A DNA stretch of 64,000 bases, taken from Octopus sinensis (Eukaryota). Below, piece by piece: positions 51,185 through 64,000 of the stretch (position 1 is the first letter of the stretch; each line of letters starts with the position of its first letter). The stretch spans positions 34,410,001-34,474,000 of the forward strand of contig NC_043002.1 in NCBI RefSeq assembly GCF_006345805.1, given 5' to 3'. Both the position numbers and the translations under genes were made by a program. A model generated the notes under the pieces. That model saw only the letters and a list, made by a program, of their open reading frames with translations, did no database searches and was not told the origin of the DNA.

Positions 51185-51595
51185 GATATTGTTTACCTTG
51201 TTCAACTGGCTTTGTTTTTAAACAGATGTACATTGATTAAAAGCTCCCCTTGTTTGATTGCTAAGCCTTTTAGGCCACGTTCCAGAAAGTACTAATCCTT
51301 TTGTTCAACAGGGTGAGGTGAATTGAGAGATATTTGTGCAATTGGCGCTTTGTTTTATAGCTTTGTATATGGTTTTGTTCTGTAGCTATAACTGGCCTGT
51401 GTCCGGAGAGCGTTCCAGTCTGAGAAATGTACAATTACAGACCAAATATACAAATACGTCCGCTCTACGTGAGGAAGGTAAACTGATTTATCAGTTGGAC
51501 GCCTTCTTATCGTCAGCCAATCAGAGCGCGGCTTAGAAAGGCAGACAAGCAATCGAATCGACCATGCTAATCATTTATCTAATTTACGATAACAC
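51185..51595. promoter_or_regulatory. Candidate cis-regulatory element (unique, motif-dense)
   Basis: NF-Y-type agCCAATcag at 51515-51524, Pbx-Hox-type TGATTTAT at 51484-51491, TAATCC at 51293-51298, TTTACGA at 51583-51589, plus Sox-like CTTTGTT and Fox-like TGTTTAC; no TE signature recognised. Confidence 0.35.
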
Positions 51596-52040
51596 ACACA
51601 CACGCTCACACATACACAAGCACATACACATAAGATACCACACACATACACACACACAAGCACACACACACACACACACGCACGTACATATGTGTACATA
51701 ATAGTGATTTGACACAAATCAATGCGCGTACAGTTGCATTAGCGTACATATTCATTTCCTTAAATAAACATAAGCATACACTTGCATGCATACACACATG
51801 CACACACACACACACAAAAGCAAATACTCATATGCACACATACACAGACGCATATTACGCTCATGCACACACACACAACGACATAAATGCACAGCAGGAG
51901 AATGAGAGCAGAACAACGTGCACAGACACACTCACAGGCGCCAACACACATGCATGCGTGCACATAGATGCACATACGCACCTACACACACACACACACA
52001 TACGCACTGGTGCTATAGTGTCGTATAAAAATCATGGCAA

Positions 52041-52104
<64 letters not shown>

Positions 52105-52827
52105 ACTCTTGTTTTGTTTGGTTACCAATTGTAATGAATTGTTGAGGAATTCACCAAACTACAGGACAAACGATAATGACATCCTCTGCTGATTTCATTC
52201 AAATATCATATTTAAAAAAACGCATTTTAAATTTTAGGCACATATTTGTGTTATTTGAAACATATACGTCTGGTATTAATGATATACAACACATACGCAC
52301 ACACATAATACAGACGACATACTCACACACATAGTTGTGCGTGTGTATATTAATAACATGACTTTACACTTTTATTCCAGTTAATATTCGCGATTTTCAT
52401 AATTATATATTTATCAAAAACATCCTTTAAATATCCATGCATGTATGTGTGCGCGTGTATGTTCGTGTATGTGCATGTGCGTGTGTGTGTGTGTGCGTGT
52501 GTGTGTGTGTGTGTGTGCTTGTGATGGACTCTAGCCGTCGATTTCTATCTGTGAGCGTTCAAATTATTTGAACAACTCAATTACCAGCTTAATGAATTAG
52601 CGTATAAGTGGTTGAGTATTCCACAGACATATGTTCTTCAATGCAATTTTTTTAGAAGAATGAGCCTGATTCAGAAAGACTTCTACACAGTTACCGTCTA
52701 ATCAATTTCATTCACAAGATTTGAATCGCCCCAAGCTATGAAACACAAAATTAGCTCAAAATGCCGTGCGGCGGGATCGGACTTCATGTTCACGAAGCGA
52801 ATATCTTAATCACTTGGTCATAACTTT

Positions 52828-53160
<333 letters not shown>

Positions 53161-53229
53161 TAAATACACAATAATTTCGTTCTATTTAGGTTCTACGCTT
53201 TAAACTGTGATCCCTTCCTATACAAAACT

Positions 53230-53725
53230 GAAATTAGGCACATACTGAGGTGTTAGTTACATATTTAACCGGTGCTCTTACTATACAAATGCTGGCCTTT
53301 TTCGAAGTCAGAAAATACTTCCACCCTGATGAACTCAGTAGAAATCTGAAATAGGACTCACATTTGAGTATTGTTAATGTATATGGGAACTTTTTGCAAC
53401 TAGACATTGACATTTTAACCTACTCTCAAAAGAAAGCCATTTTACGTATTAACAAACCTTCAATCACCAACACACAACCGCTGGCGCACCCATATCCACT
53501 CACCTCTTTGTTTTCTATTACTCTGAACAAGACAACGGAAAATTACCCCCTACCAAGATCATATGGCAGCCTTCTGTCTTTTGGTCAATCCTGTTGTGTC
53601 TTATCTTATAAAACTCGTATTTTTTCCCAATCTTCCCGACACGGAACTGATTTCCCATTGACTTTTTTCCTTCAGTCGCTTATTTCTTTAAGACGCTTAC
53701 AGATATCTGAACAAAAAACATCAAC
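53230..53725 (+). mobile_element. Old CR1/Jockey-group LINE 3' remnant
   Basis: QKKAILRINKPSITNTQPLAH..SLF and KTRIFSQS resemble CR1-type ORF2 C-termini (recall). Confidence 0.45.
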
Positions 53726-54162
53726 AGCATGAATGTTACCATCAAAGCATGTATGTATGTATGTATGTATGTATGCATGCATACATGCATAAATATACAT
53801 AGATATATAAATACATGCAAACACATATACTTACATTCTTACATACATGCATATATACATATATATATACACACATGCACGCATACATTCAAGCATGCAT
53901 ACATACACACATGCATACATACAAGCATTCATACATACATACATACATACATACATACATACATACATACATACATACATACATACAACGATGACTCTTA
54001 AGACCTGGTGATGACTTAAAAGATTTAGATTAAGCATAACAGGTTTAAACTAAGCCTAACTTTCGCAATCCACGTTTGGATTTGCATCTTTTGTTACACA
54101 CTGCACCAGTAGTATACTGCGAGCGTGGAGAAGAGGTTAATGTACGTAGATTGTGTGTGTAT

Positions 54163-54194
<32 letters not shown>

Positions 54195-54221
54195 AACAGA
54201 CAGACAGAGACAGAGACAGCC

Positions 54222-54321
<100 letters not shown>

Positions 54322-55230
54322 TCTATATAGGTAGATAGATAGAGACAGAGAAAGAGAGAGAGACAGAGAAAGAGAGAGAGACAGACAGACGGAATACAGA
54401 TTTCATGTCATTAACAAATCTGTTTTCGAAAGAAGCCCATCTCCAAGATAGAACAGAATTGTTTCTGACAATACTCAGTCATAACTCAACATCCTTAGTC
54501 GTATTCGCTTCATAAAACAACGGACACCTGGCGTTTTTCAATCTCAACGTGTTTTTTTTTTCTTTTGACTTCTTTTTATTTTGGTTTCTTTTGTAATACG
54601 TTTTCAGTGGGACTTTTCTAAAAATCAATCAATCAAGAACGTAATTAGTACAAATACAAATCTAAAACAGCAATAACCTCAAGACAAGAGTTATTTTCAT
54701 TGGACGGAAGCTGGAACTTCCGAGTTGAGTTTTTTTGTTTCGTTTTGTTTCGTTTTGTTTGTTTCTTTTATTTCTTTTTAGTGTTTTCCTTTTCCTTTCA
54801 GAAGGAAAATTTTTGCATAAAGAAAATATCCTTCCTGGGCATTTCTAAGTCCTGGCGAAAGTGTAAGTCTACAGGAGACCGACAATATCTTTAAGCAGAA
54901 AAATATTGGCTGTAATTTAAACAATACCAATTGAAGAATTGCAGAAACCTGGAATAGAAAGTTCTATCAGTTCTTAGATGAACTGAATCCTGCACCGATT
55001 AATTCTTAGGAGATTAGGATTAGAAAACCTTGTTCACTTAATTGAAATTTATAGCTGGCCTTAGTTTTATTATTCGCAGTAGATCCAACTTCTGAAACCA
55101 AATCCAGCCTCTTTTGTTTTTGGGGGTTATTTTTCTACTTACACTCGAACAAACCCTCTCGATTTAGATCTAACAAAAAAATTGATAGCAACCCCAGTTC
55201 ATGTATTTTAATATTGAAAATATTTGCATT

Positions 55231-55655
55231 AGTGGCTGTGCGGTAGGTAGCTTGCTTACCAACCACATGGTTCCGGGTTCAGTCCCACTGCGTGGCACCT
55301 TGGGCAAGTGTGTTCTACTATAGCCTCGGACCGACCAAAGCCTTGTGAATGGATTTGGTAGACGGAAACTGAAAGAAGCCCGTCGTATATATGCATGTGT
55401 GTGTGTGCGTGCGTGTGTGTGTGCGTGCGTGTGTGTGTGTGTGTGTGTGTGTGTTTGTGTGTCTGTGTTTGTCCCACCAACATCGCTTGACAACCGATGC
55501 TGATGTGTTTACGTCCCCGTAACCTAGCGGTTCGGCAAAAAAGACCGATAGAATAAGTACTAGGTTTACAAAGAATAAGTCCTGAGGTCGATTTGCTCGA
55601 CTAAAGGCGGTGCTCCGGCATGGCCACAATCAAATGACTGAAACTTGTAAAGAGT
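55231..55655 (+). mobile_element. SINE family A
   Basis: Complete head, body and tail. Confidence 0.88.
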
Positions 55656-55893
55656 ATTAAGATGAGCCAACGATCACTCCAAATGTCAGAAGTAACAACA
55701 ACCCCTCCTTGGAATCTTTCTGAGCCATTTAGATTCACACATAAAAAGAGCAGGATGGTCGAGGCTAGGATACTTTTGATCATAGTTCTGCTAGATCAAG
55801 GTTAACCAGAAGTTAAACAACAACAACAACCACAACAAGAGCGGCAACTTACCTTTTGACAGTTTTCATTTTCTTTTAAAATTGTTTCACTCC

Positions 55894-55983
<90 letters not shown>

Positions 55984-56719
55984 ACGTTCGTTTCTAACCG
56001 TAAAACTAGAAGTAGATAAAGCAGTAAATAATAGCATGGAAATATTTGGTCAAAAATCTTTTGGGGATACAAAATGCTGAAGACTGTCCATTATACTTAC
56101 AGAAGTTGTGTGTTCGGGTTTGCAGGCATCCTTCGACTTTTTTACCCAGTATTTGCATGCTATTATCTATAGTTTTATTTCCTCCGAATTCTACATTAAA
56201 AAAAAATTTTTCACGTTCTCTCGAAGTTTTTTAATTCTTGCGACTTAAAAAATATATATACAAGTCTCACCGGTCAGAACAATGCTTCAAAATGGGTAGA
56301 GGATTTTGAAGAATTACTTGGTAGAACGTCCGGTAGTGAATTTGAGCCACACGGACAGCGTTCGACTTTTGCTGTTCAAGTAGGGTTTTAATCAATGCTT
56401 ATTTATAACTTTATCTATTTCGAGTTCTACAGTTTAAAACGAATAATGCGTGCGCGTGTGTGTATGCCTATTTCAGTATGCTAGCATCGTTTTTACGGTT
56501 TAATTTTCATACAAAGCGTGTCCCTGGGTATCATTCCCTAAACTTTGAGTGTCAATATGCTTGGGGTACTCAAAAGAGCTGTCAATATATGAAGTTTATT
56601 AAAAGTAACTAATTACTCCGTCACTGCTTAGAGTTTGTTGTTCTTGCATGTTCATACACAACACATACACATGCACAAATACATAGAAATATATATATCG
56701 TTGCTATTATGTTAAACTG

Positions 56720-57109
56720 TCATATGTCCAAATTTGGCCAAATGCTGTTTTTTCAATATTGATTCTTGCTTGCGGTAGCCGGTTCTTTTGCTCAAACTAT
56801 CTCCAGTTGTCGATGTTCGTGATCTTTCGGAACGCTTCTCATGAACATTCTGAACAGTTCCATCAGCTTCAACATCTCTAATTTGGATGTTGGTAAGTCA
56901 CATTGGTGGATCTGTTTGAAACTCTCCTAAACTGTGTTTGTACTTCAACTGCGTTTTCACACTTTTAGTAGCATTTTAGAATGAATTTCCTTAGTTCAAA
57001 TTTTGTCTATCTGCCATCATTAATTCCACTGGGTTTCATCAGGAAAGAAGAAAACATCAATTGAGTTATCAGCTGCTAAAGTGTGTATACATTTTTGAGG
57101 GACACCCAG
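56720..57109 (-). mobile_element. 5' fragment of a Tc1/mariner-superfamily transposon (DUF4817-like HTH)
   Basis: Terminus TA-CTGGGTGTCCCTCAAAAATGTATACAC, then remnant FELRKFILKCY*KCENAVEVQTQFRR..TDPP..EADGTVQNVHEKRSERSRT. Confidence 0.65.
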
Positions 57110-57190
57110 TATATACATACATATTATATTACAGAGAAGCATACCTATGTGTGTGCGTACGTGCGTGTTTGTGTGTGTGTATGTTTGTAT

Positions 57191-57233
<43 letters not shown>

Positions 57234-57658
57234 TGTGTGCGTGCGTGCATGTGTGTGAGTACCTATATTGTACTCGGAAATATTTGCATGCTCACGCATT
57301 TAAAGAAGGACGGACGAACACACACATACACACGCACACACACAATCACAATAAACCATCAGAAAATCTGTCTTCAATATCAAGCACATTCCCACGCACC
57401 CACTTAAAACCACTTGCTAAGGGGTTACTATCATTATTAGTACCTGTGCCAAAACAAAAGCATGTGACATTTACAAACAGGAAACAGTCAAGAGATCTCC
57501 TTTATCCAAATGACATTCGAAAATCTAACAAGTAAATCAGTTAAGGGAGCACGAGACGTTAGTCTTGTAAATAGTTTCCCTACTCGACGGGCAGATAGCA
57601 TTCCGACCCACATAGACCAAACAAGTGATTAGCTTGAGACAGAAAGATAAGCTGCTTT

Positions 57659-57709
57659 CCCTCGACGAAGGTCAAAGGCTTTTGGTTTTAGAGACCTCCT
57701 CAGGAGAAG
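57659..57709 (-). ncRNA. Hammerhead remnant (GAAA segment lost)
   Basis: ttctc CTGAGGA ggtc..gacc ttc GTC gaggg: stems I and II and the GUC triplet are present; GAAA is absent. Confidence 0.4.
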
Positions 57710-58264
57710 TCAAACAGTGGAGTCTGTTAAGTAGCTGCCATACAAAAAACAGTAGCATTTTAGCTTAGGGATAAATTAAGCAAATATATAGATTTAGATT
57801 GGGTTTTGAATCAATTTTGGTTAGAAGATTGACTAAAGATATGCTCACTCAAGCCTCTTCTGCGTGTTTAACTGCTATACATTATTTATACTGCAGCTTA
57901 AGATTTTGTTTTTAGTGATGTAATGGAAACAGAAACAACCCAGTAGAAATGTAACCCCTTTAATAAAGACTATTGAGAATCATATCAAGTCGTCTTGGAA
58001 GAAGCAAGTTGAAGACAAATTCCGCCAATGAATTCTGTAGAAGATAGTTCTATGATGAATCAGGATCATAGAGAATGGTTTTGAGTCTTTTCTTTAATTT
58101 ATTTTTGAACCAGTAAACAGTAAATAACTCATTAGAATAAATTTCATGGCGGACAGAACCAATCGTCGGTGAATTGAAATTTCATTTCTCCCTGACAAAA
58201 GTTTTCTGTCCAAAACATTCCTCTTCACAGCATAGAATGTATTTTACTTCTTGAACTATTGTTT

Positions 58265-58500
58265 TATTCTTTTTCTTTTACTTGTTTCAGTCATTTGACT
58301 GTGGACATGCTGGAGCACTGCCTTGAAGGACTTAAGTCGACCAAGTATACCCCGGGACCTATTTTTTAAGCCTAGTACTTATTCTATCCGTCTCTTTTGC
58401 TGAGCCGCTAAAAGTCATGGGGACGTAAACAAACTAACACCAGTTGTCAAGCGGTGATGGGGTAGGGGGAAAAACAGACACAAAGACACACACACATAGA

Positions 58501-58534
<34 letters not shown>

Positions 58535-58812
58535 AACACACATACACAAACACACACACACACACATGCACACACAAACGCGCGCGCGCGCACACACACA
58601 AACACACACACACGCACACACACAGACGCATGCACACACACATACGCACACAAGTTTCTTTCAGTCTCCGTCTACCAAATCCACTCACAAGGCTTTGGTC
58701 GGCCCGAAGCTATAATAGAAGACGCTTGCCCAAGGTGCCATGCAGTGGGAGTGAACCCGGAACCATGTGTTTGGGAAGCTAGCTTCTTACCACACAGCCA
58801 TGCCTGCGCCTA
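58265..58812 (-). mobile_element. SINE family A with an expanded internal microsatellite
   Basis: Complete head, body and tail. Confidence 0.88.
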
Positions 58813-59249
58813 TGTGTATTATATTTGCTGGCGCAAGTTATTACGAGTTTCTAGATAGTGAGTCAGATACCAAAATCAATATGTTTAGGATTTCAGTTAC
58901 CTTTGATTTCTGTACTTCTACAGCTCAATGAGAATTCTGAAAATTCCAGTTCCTTCATCTCATGCTCTTTCAGAGAAATGGAAATGATGTCTTGAAATGA
59001 AACAATTCTGTACATTCGATGACTCTTCCCAGTCAGCTACAAAATGTCTTTGCGTGTTATATTCTTTCAATATTTACCAAATCTGTCACTGAATTGCATT
59101 GTTACTTTCAACACTGCCGCTAAGCATTTAATCTGGCGAGCTAACTATGCCGCCAGCTCGCTCCCCTAACAACAACAACAACTACAACAACAACAATAAT
59201 AGTATCATCATCACCAATCATCATCATTATCATTGTTATTATTTTTTTT

Positions 59250-59525
59250 CCTTCTTTTTTCAAATTTTCTTCCATTTCTCGCCGAGTATTTTCCGTACAC
59301 CTAGGGCAGAGAAGCTCGTTGTATGCATTCCCAGATTACACAGGCAAATTCACAGGTAAAATATGTATTTTAAAAATTGATAAATAAATAAATTCATGAA
59401 TGGATGTTGTTTTCACAGCAATAATGCTCTTCTCAGTACATGAGTCGTTCCAATTAACACGATTTTTTGCACTTCCTGTAGGGGTGGTAAGCCTGGTATC
59501 ATCTTCAAATAGGTTTCAGTACTTT
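59250..59525 (-). mobile_element. R4/Dong-like LINE 3' fragment
   Basis: STETYLKMIPGLPPLQEVQKIVLIGTTHVLRRALLL* (stop at 59413-59415), then a 3' UTR running into an AAT-type tract. Confidence 0.75.
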
Positions 59526-59543
59526 ATCATTATTATTATTATT

Positions 59544-60089
59544 GAGTGAGAGAGCAGTCAAAGTGACACTGGGCTAAAATATACGTAGCCCAGTATACCC
59601 ATCATGACTACCCGTCTGATAAGGGTACACTAGACACATGCGTCACAACCATATGTGCGCAACATGGTGATCTCATATCAAGATAAACAGCACATAACCT
59701 TGCAGGTGAGGCCCATTTAGAATTTTCTTCTGGTCGAGTAGCCCATCCCACTCAAAAGGTCCCTGAATAAGGGTTGGTTAAAGATGTTGAACGAAACACC
59801 CATGTTTTCAGAGGTGAATTATTCAAACCACAAAGAATCCTTCTCAACACATGGCTATGATGCTCCCCCACTGCTTCTGCTCGTGATCAGAGATGCACAT
59901 ATCGCCAACCACTAACGGACATGCTCAACTGGTTAAGGTCAAACAACTGACAAGCAAATCTGTGGTATTGAGCAGAATATTTGCTGTAGCCCATCTTTTA
60001 TAACAAGACAAAACAATGTACATGATAACACTTCCAATCAGTTAAGATCAGAAGCCATGAGAGCCACTGCCTGGTACTACATCAGGGCA

Positions 60090-60090
<1 letters not shown>
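59544..60090 (-). mobile_element. ~550-bp (AAT)n-associated element, copy 4 (most complete)
   Basis: 5' atgccctgatgtagtaccaggcagtggc to 3' ctgctctctcactc; (AAT)n on both sides. Confidence 0.85.
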
Positions 60091-60177
<87 letters not shown>

Positions 60178-60247
60178 ATTGTTATTATTATTATTGTTGT
60201 TGTTGTTGTTGTTGTTATTGTTATTATTATCATCATCATCATCATCA

Positions 60248-60282
<35 letters not shown>

Positions 60283-60406
60283 GTGGTTGTTGTTGTTGTT
60301 GTTATTGTTATTATTATTATTATTGTTGTTGTTGTTGTTGTTGTTGTTATTGTTATTATTATTATCATCATCATCATCATCATCGTCATCATCATCATCA
60401 TCATCA

Positions 60407-60453
<47 letters not shown>
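60091..60453. repeat. (ATT)/(GTT)/(ATC) compound microsatellite with higher-order periodicity
   Basis: Directly visible; the block order repeats about twice. Confidence 0.95.
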
Positions 60454-60454
60454 G

Positions 60455-60697
60455 CTTTTTTTTCTCTTTATCACAAGTTTTGCTGAAGCTCCTGGAATCT
60501 TGCATGCATAGCAGGTATACTACCTTCATCCTGTGGTACCATGCTATCTGTTCTTTTCAGCTATCTAATACTTTCCTGATTATTCTGGCCGTGCCAAGGA
60601 GGCAAACCTTTTGTAACAGTTCTACTGGGCACTCAATTCCAATTTCCTTTATATTCTTCTTGATGCCTTCTGATACTGTTCCTAAGGACCCAACAAT
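60455..60697 (-). mobile_element. R4/Dong-like LINE 3' fragment (another family)
   Basis: IVGSLGTVSEGIKKNIKEIGIECPVELLQKVCLLGTARIIRKVLDS* (stop at 60557-60559), then a 3' UTR and (AAT)n. Confidence 0.8.
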
Positions 60698-60754
60698 CAA
60701 ATATTGTTTGCAAGGACCCAACAATAATCTTCATAATAAGCTTTGTGAGAAGAT

Positions 60755-60796
60755 TTGCTAGATGGAAACTGAAAGAAGCCCGTCGTGTGTGCGTGT

Positions 60797-60842
<46 letters not shown>

Positions 60843-61030
60843 CCAATACCACCGCTTAACAACTGGTATTGGTTTGTTTTGGTCCCTGTGACTTTGCGAT
60901 TCGGCAAAAAGATACCGATAGAGTAAATACCGGACTTTAAAAACATAACTACTGAGGTCGAATCTTCCGACTAAAACTCTTTAAGGCGGTGCACCAATAT
61001 GGCTGCAGTGAAATGACTAAAACAAGTAAA
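60755..61030 (+). mobile_element. SINE family A, 5'-truncated
   Basis: ggaaactgaaagaagcccgtcg..aaggcggtgcacc..aaatgactaaaacaagtaaaa. Confidence 0.75.
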
Positions 61031-61359
61031 AAAAAATGCATGTAATATAGTACTTATATAGAGGTGTTGCATAAAAATAATAATATAGATTTGTTGCGTA
61101 AAATTTGTAATATATAGATCTGTTTTATAAAGCGTAATATTGTATGAGATCCATCAAGGCGATAGCTTGGCGAAACTGTTAAAATGTCGGACAGATTGCG
61201 TGGTAGCATCTGTTCCCCGTCTTTCTGTTCTGGCGACAACACTTGTGACGTCACTGATGCCAAGCTGTGTCAGCCCTTGACTTGCTCTTGGATATCATCA
61301 TCGTTGGAGCGGATACGGCATAAAATTGCATGCATATACATACATACATATATACATAC

Positions 61360-61849
<490 letters not shown>

Positions 61850-61865
61850 TGTATATATATAAATA

Positions 61866-61905
<40 letters not shown>

Positions 61906-62332
61906 CTAGGATGGAATTTATAAATATTTAATACATCGCAACGCGCGTTTCCACAAATCACATGCTTTTGACATCAGAGTCGGTATCCTTGGGATTAGTA
62001 CTTTATATTCCATATTATCACAGAGGGGTGCTTATCCTTTCTTGCCAGTATGAAGGCCAATTTAGCTATGTGGGTATTTCTGTATGTGCTTGGTATGTAC
62101 ATTGCTAGATTGGCCTTCATACAGGCAAAAAAGGATAAGCACTCCTCTATGATTCATCCAATAATACTGTATCGCCTGATGAAATGAATCAATGGTGATG
62201 ATCAACCGGATTCCCGCGGATAATGCGGAATATAATGTACTAATCCCAAGGATACCGACTCTGATGTCAAAAGCATGGGATTTGTGGAAACGCGCGTTGC
62301 GATGTATTAAATATTTGTAAATTCCGTCCTAG
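61906..62332. mobile_element. Inverted-repeat Penelope-like pseudo-LTR structure
   Basis: Left arm 61906-~62070 is the reverse complement of ~62100-62332, except for a ~65-bp block (~62155-62220) present only in the right arm; abuts (TA)n. Confidence 0.8.
62168..62306 (+). ncRNA. Type I hammerhead ribozyme with a large stem II insertion
   Basis: Stem I tgtatcgc/gcgatgta; CTGATGA at 62176-62182; stem II atgaatc/gatttgt (A.G closing mismatch); GAAA at 62287-62290; palindromic CGCGCG; triplet GTT. Confidence 0.7.
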
Positions 62333-62665
62333 CATTCTTGTTTTTACTATATTTATCCTACATTATATCGGTATGACCAGGATGGAACCTTGAAAAACTG
62401 ACTTACTAGTCAGTATCATTAGACGGTAGCCGGCATAATGAAACGCGGACTAGAAGAAACAGGGATAACTGATGAAGAGGGATATTCTTTATATTGCATG
62501 TCTCGTTTCTGTTTGTTTCTTCGTTGTTCGAAAAAAAGTTCGTTTTCTATGTTTTTGTTTTTATATTTTCGTTTCTCAATGTGTTCAACGTATTTTTGTC
62601 TTGAACCCATATATGCATGTATATATACATATATATGTAGGTATATACATATATGTATGTATATA

Positions 62666-62828
<163 letters not shown>

Positions 62829-62834
62829 GTCAAT

Positions 62835-63132
62835 GTGCATGGCTCAGTGGTTAAAGCGTCGAGCTTACGATCGTGTGGTTGTGTGTTCGATTCCCGGACC
62901 GGGCTGCTTTATTTCACGTTGCTCCAGTTAACTCAGCTGTAGAAATGAGTTGCGACATCACTGGGGCCAAGCTGTATCGGCCCCTTTGCCATTCCCTTGG
63001 ATAACATCAGTGGTGTGGAGAGGGGAGGCTGGTATGCATGGCCTTCTATAAACAACCTTACCTGGACTTGTGCCTCGGAGGATAACTTTCTAGGTGCAAT
63101 CCCATGGTCATTCATGACCGAAGGGGGTTTCC
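62835..63132 (+). mobile_element. tRNA-derived SINE family D
   Basis: A box tggctcagtgg, B box gttcgattcc; central tttcacgttgctccagttaactcagctgtagaaatgagt. Confidence 0.75.
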
Positions 63133-63580
63133 TCATAAATGGATGGATAAACTAGAAATTAAACATTAAATTATTTTCTTTCTTTTGTTTAAAAGTGTTT
63201 TTCGAAAATGACTAGCAATGAGTTTTGCTTGTGATTGATTGTCATATATAAAAGCCAGTCAGGAAAGTAAAAGCTATATCGTATTCATGGGTATGTTTCT
63301 GTGTGGGCGTATGTACATGTAACTGAGTGTGTGTGTACGTAAGTGTATTCTGTATAGGTATATTCGAAATTCGTTATTTCCGTTTATTTAATTCACATAG
63401 ACGTTATTTTTAACCTCAATTAATTCCTAATTAGTCGATGAGAACTCTCGATAATTAAATATTTCTATTGGACAAAATTAAGGTTCGCTTTGTGAAATTC
63501 ATTTGCACCTAATTACCATATAAAAGCTTCTAGGTATCTCAATATTCTAAATAAATATATAAATATATATGTGTGTGTGT

Positions 63581-63639
<59 letters not shown>

Positions 63640-63651
63640 AATGTACTCGTA

Positions 63652-63698
<47 letters not shown>

Positions 63699-64000
63699 GA
63701 GAGGGAGTGAGAGAGAGACAGAGAGAGAGCACTCTGTTGTTATTTTCACCACTTTAGTAAGGCAGAAATAGTTTCTGTTGTATAAACGCGTTCCATTCGT
63801 TTCTTTTGTATGTTCAGGTCGATATATATTCAACTCCTTGTAACTGACTACTAGTTAAAGAAAATCTTTACAAGAAATTGTCTCTTTTAACACTGGCCAA
63901 AGAAGCTAAATGATACATAAACATCTTGATGTCCCGGAAGGTTTATAGTAGAGTAATAAATACATATATTTATATGGATGTGTTCGAGAGTCATTATTTT

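Noticed and set aside
52042-52108. (GCT)n poly-alanine coding repeat
   Set aside because: Embedded in a microsatellite-derived ORF, with no splice or protein evidence.
53322-53360. CTGATGA..GAAA hammerhead candidate
   Set aside because: Stems are not formed; it lies inside an old LINE coding remnant.
59980-60090. HDV-like ribozyme at the 5' end of the 550-bp element
   Set aside because: Could not assign P1/P1.1/P3 or the catalytic C; only a long hairpin is evident.
62405-62480. GAAACGCG with ctag/ctag flanks, and a separate CTGATGA
   Set aside because: The core halves are in the wrong order or too degenerate to assemble a fold.
63427-63515. taattag TCGATGA gaac..gttc..GAAA..ctaatta
   Set aside because: The 7-bp outer stem is suggestive, but the core and spacing are non-canonical.

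Overview
AT-rich, microsatellite-saturated animal genomic DNA with no confidently identifiable host exon, so probably intergenic or a large intron. The repeat families match what I recall from Octopus genomes; this is an inference, not a database result. Almost all of the window is transposon-derived. Main contents: (1) a full-length, TSD-flanked, GC-rich RTE LINE (35481-39497, minus) with an intact 1123-aa APE-RT-C2H2 ORF whose catalytic motif is duplicated in frame; (2) a Neptune-type Penelope-like element plus several short inserts in (TA)n tracts that carry minimal type I hammerhead ribozymes, some arranged as inverted repeats, including a repeated non-canonical CUGUUGA core; (3) a 1.2-kb Tc1 with DD36E spacing; (4) R4/Dong-like RLE LINE fragments and a ~550-bp non-coding element that share (AAT)n targets; (5) tandem non-autonomous Helitrons; (6) four SINE families, one with a 3' tail matching a LINE 3' end present in the window. 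Most ORFs in the supplied track are microsatellite artefacts. Boundaries of degraded elements are approximate.
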